Both the position numbers and the translations under genes were made by a program. From Vicugna vicugna (Eukaryota), in assembly GCA_013265495.1 (NCBI GenBank), contig MU057947.1:72048-136047 (forward strand): a DNA stretch of 64,000 bases, in the 5' to 3' direction. Position 1 is the stretch's first letter. Each line of letters starts with the position of its first letter. Below the pieces are notes generated by a model. It ran no database searches. It was given only the letters and a program-made list of their open reading frames with translations, and was not told where the DNA came from. Positions 61,861 through 64,000 of this stretch are shown piece by piece.

Positions 61861-63204
61861 TTAGTTGCCTACCTCAACATTTGGGAACAACACGCCTGTT
61901 TTTTTTTTCTCTTCCTTAGTAAATGCACCTTGCAGGCTGTTATCCAGAGTGATGCTGAAGTCCCGTGTCACAAAGATGCTTTTCAGGTCCTTGTTTTCCT
62001 TCAGGAGCGCAAGGTGGATTTGCCCATCAGGCCAGCGGGTGAGCTGGGGACGGCCCCCGGGAAATCGGTTTCATTTTAGGTGAATTACAGTGTTCAGAAT
62101 TTGTTAACAGGGACAATTTTGGATGAACTACATGAAATTAAACATCTGACAACAGAAGGACCCCACCAAAACGCAGCATATGCTTTTATTTAGGGGGGAA
62201 ATTAGAAAATCATGGGCAGGAAAAAACTGTCAAACAACATTTTTAACTTCTAAGACCAGGTAAAAAGAAGACAAAGTATTTGAAGTTTCTATGAACCTCG
62301 TGTGTCAGAGCATTTCCTGCTGCTTCATGGATTTCCAGGAGGAATTACCTCTTTCTCTTCCATTTCATCCCCAACAGCCACTGTTTAGGCTGTTTTCATA
62401 AGCTGCCCATTTCTAGAAGCCCCTGGAGAAAAGAGATCAATTTAACCAAGGAAGGTTTTTTTTTTTTTAAAGCAATCTTTTTACTATTCATGAAAGATAC
62501 CAATATTACAGCCACCAGACTCCACCACAGCCATAGTTCCTTTCCAACTCCTGGGGAAGGTATCATTTTTACAGTAAAAAGCCATTTAACTATTCACTGG
62601 ATCTGAGCTACAACCACACAATGAGTCAAGTAATCGTTCCAAAGGATGGCAGCTCCGACCTTCAGAACAAAGACATGTGAAAATGACAAAGAAGCAGGGT
62701 TCTGGATTTCTCCGTACGACCTGCGTTTACCTTAATTCAAAGATGCCGGTTCGTCCCGTAGGTGTCGAGTTAATATAAGGTGGCTTCGGGGACAACCGTG
62801 GCTTCCAGACTCTCACAGGTCTACCATCTGCGGTGGGTCTGTTTAAGGCTCTCTGTAAAATTATGAGGTGGATTTGGAAATTCTCTGGGTAGTTTACCTC
62901 AGAGAATTCCATAGCCTCTCGAGATCTGGACAGTCTTTGGAGAGGATGCGTCTTGGCATTTTAAAGGAGGCGGCGCAGAGGCCTTGAAAGTGAGGCGTGG
63001 GGGAGTCAAAGGTGGGTTCCCAGCCCTTCCGCCTCCCCCAGACGTAGGTGGGCCTTCCTACTGCCTCAGCTGACCCCTCACCCTCGCTGGCCTTTCTCTT
63101 GGTCTGGTCCGCGTCACTGCCTCCCGGTCAGTGGCAGCCTGGCCCTGCCCCTGCCTACCAGCGCCACCCGGTGATGTTCTAGACCATTGGGGGGGGGGTT
63201 CTAC

Positions 63205-63285
63205 TTTTTTTTTTTTTTTAATTGAAGTGTAGCCGATTTACAAGGTTGTGTTAATTTCTGGTGCACAGCCCAGTGATTCATTCTC
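63205..63285 (-). mobile_element. Very short L1 3' end with poly-A tail
   Basis: Poly-T followed by aattgaagtgtagccgatttacaaggttgtgttaatttctggtgcacagcccagtgattca, the antisense of the same L1 terminus type as 53790-54163. Confidence 0.8.
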
Positions 63286-64000
63286 TATACGGATCTTCCT
63301 TGCGAAGGCTCCTACTGCATCTTCTGCCTTCTGGATCTCCCTGGTGAATCAGGCTACGTAGTACCATCACCCACACGTGTCACAGTCTAGCTTGCAGTTT
63401 GGAACGTGCTGCGGCTGTTTCCTAGGTGTACTCTCGGCAGCTCCCTGGAAAGCCCACGTCGTAACTGTCTGCTCTGCAAATAAGGAAACATTAGAGACTT
63501 CCTCAGGTCACAGAGCCGGAGGAACCCCAGAGCAGGGCTCAAACTCAGACTCGGTTGCCCACTGAAGCCTCATCCAGAGACCGTCCAAACTGCATGTGAG
63601 CCCAGGCACCCTGAACTAGAGCGGATGTGACAGCAATGAAGGCGTCAGAGGGTGGAGGAGCCATCCCCTCTTCTCCCTCCCTGGTGGCAGAGGTGGGGAG
63701 GTCACATCTACGATTTGGATTCAAACACATTGAAAGGTTCCCGTTTGTCAAAATCTCTTCTTCAGTCAAGATCTGACGCTGCACAAGAAATCTCCACCTC
63801 TCATTTCCCTCCTTTAAAGTAGCAAGTCTGAAAAGTGTGACATGGGAGGGGGAGCCCATTAACTCAGGATCCCCCATTAGCCCACATTTCCAAATTTGCA
63901 CTCAGCAGGACCCGGAAGGAATGGCATTCAGTACTGGAACATCTGGATTAGAAAGAAGGGAGGGAGAAGCCAGGAGTAGTCGTGGTGAGAAATAGGGCAG

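Noticed and set aside
1..64000. Naming the host gene, or claiming a novel biological system
   Set aside because: There is no recognisable coding exon or diagnostic sequence. Everything identifiable is known mammalian repeat or generic regulatory-type DNA.

Overview
This is mammalian (eutherian) non-coding genomic DNA, most likely camelid: it has one young tRNA-Ala-derived SINE of the Vic-1 type, and I saw no Alu, Bov-tA/BovB, PRE-1, Can-SINE or ERE elements. I recognise no host protein-coding exon. The ORF track is almost all chance ORFs from GC-rich sequence; the exceptions are degenerate LINE-1 ORF2 remnants at 55-57.3 kb. The left ~30 kb is strikingly transposon-poor and packed with AT-rich, homeodomain/SOX-motif-dense blocks between GC/CpG-rich patches. 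This looks like the regulatory landscape (large intron or gene desert) of a developmental gene that I cannot name. A promoter-like CpG island at ~33.7-34.6 kb carries an ETS-CRE composite, CCAAT and GC boxes and abuts a 74-N assembly gap. The right half accumulates ancient repeats: MIR, L2, MLT1 LTRs, MER53, Charlie and Tigger fragments, and a ~7 kb nested L1 fossil at 52-59 kb. I find no support for a new biological system. The best leads are candidate unannotated promoters/exons and enhancer clusters. Repeat subfamily names come from recalled consensus sequences and boundaries are approximate; both need RepeatMasker/Dfam confirmation.
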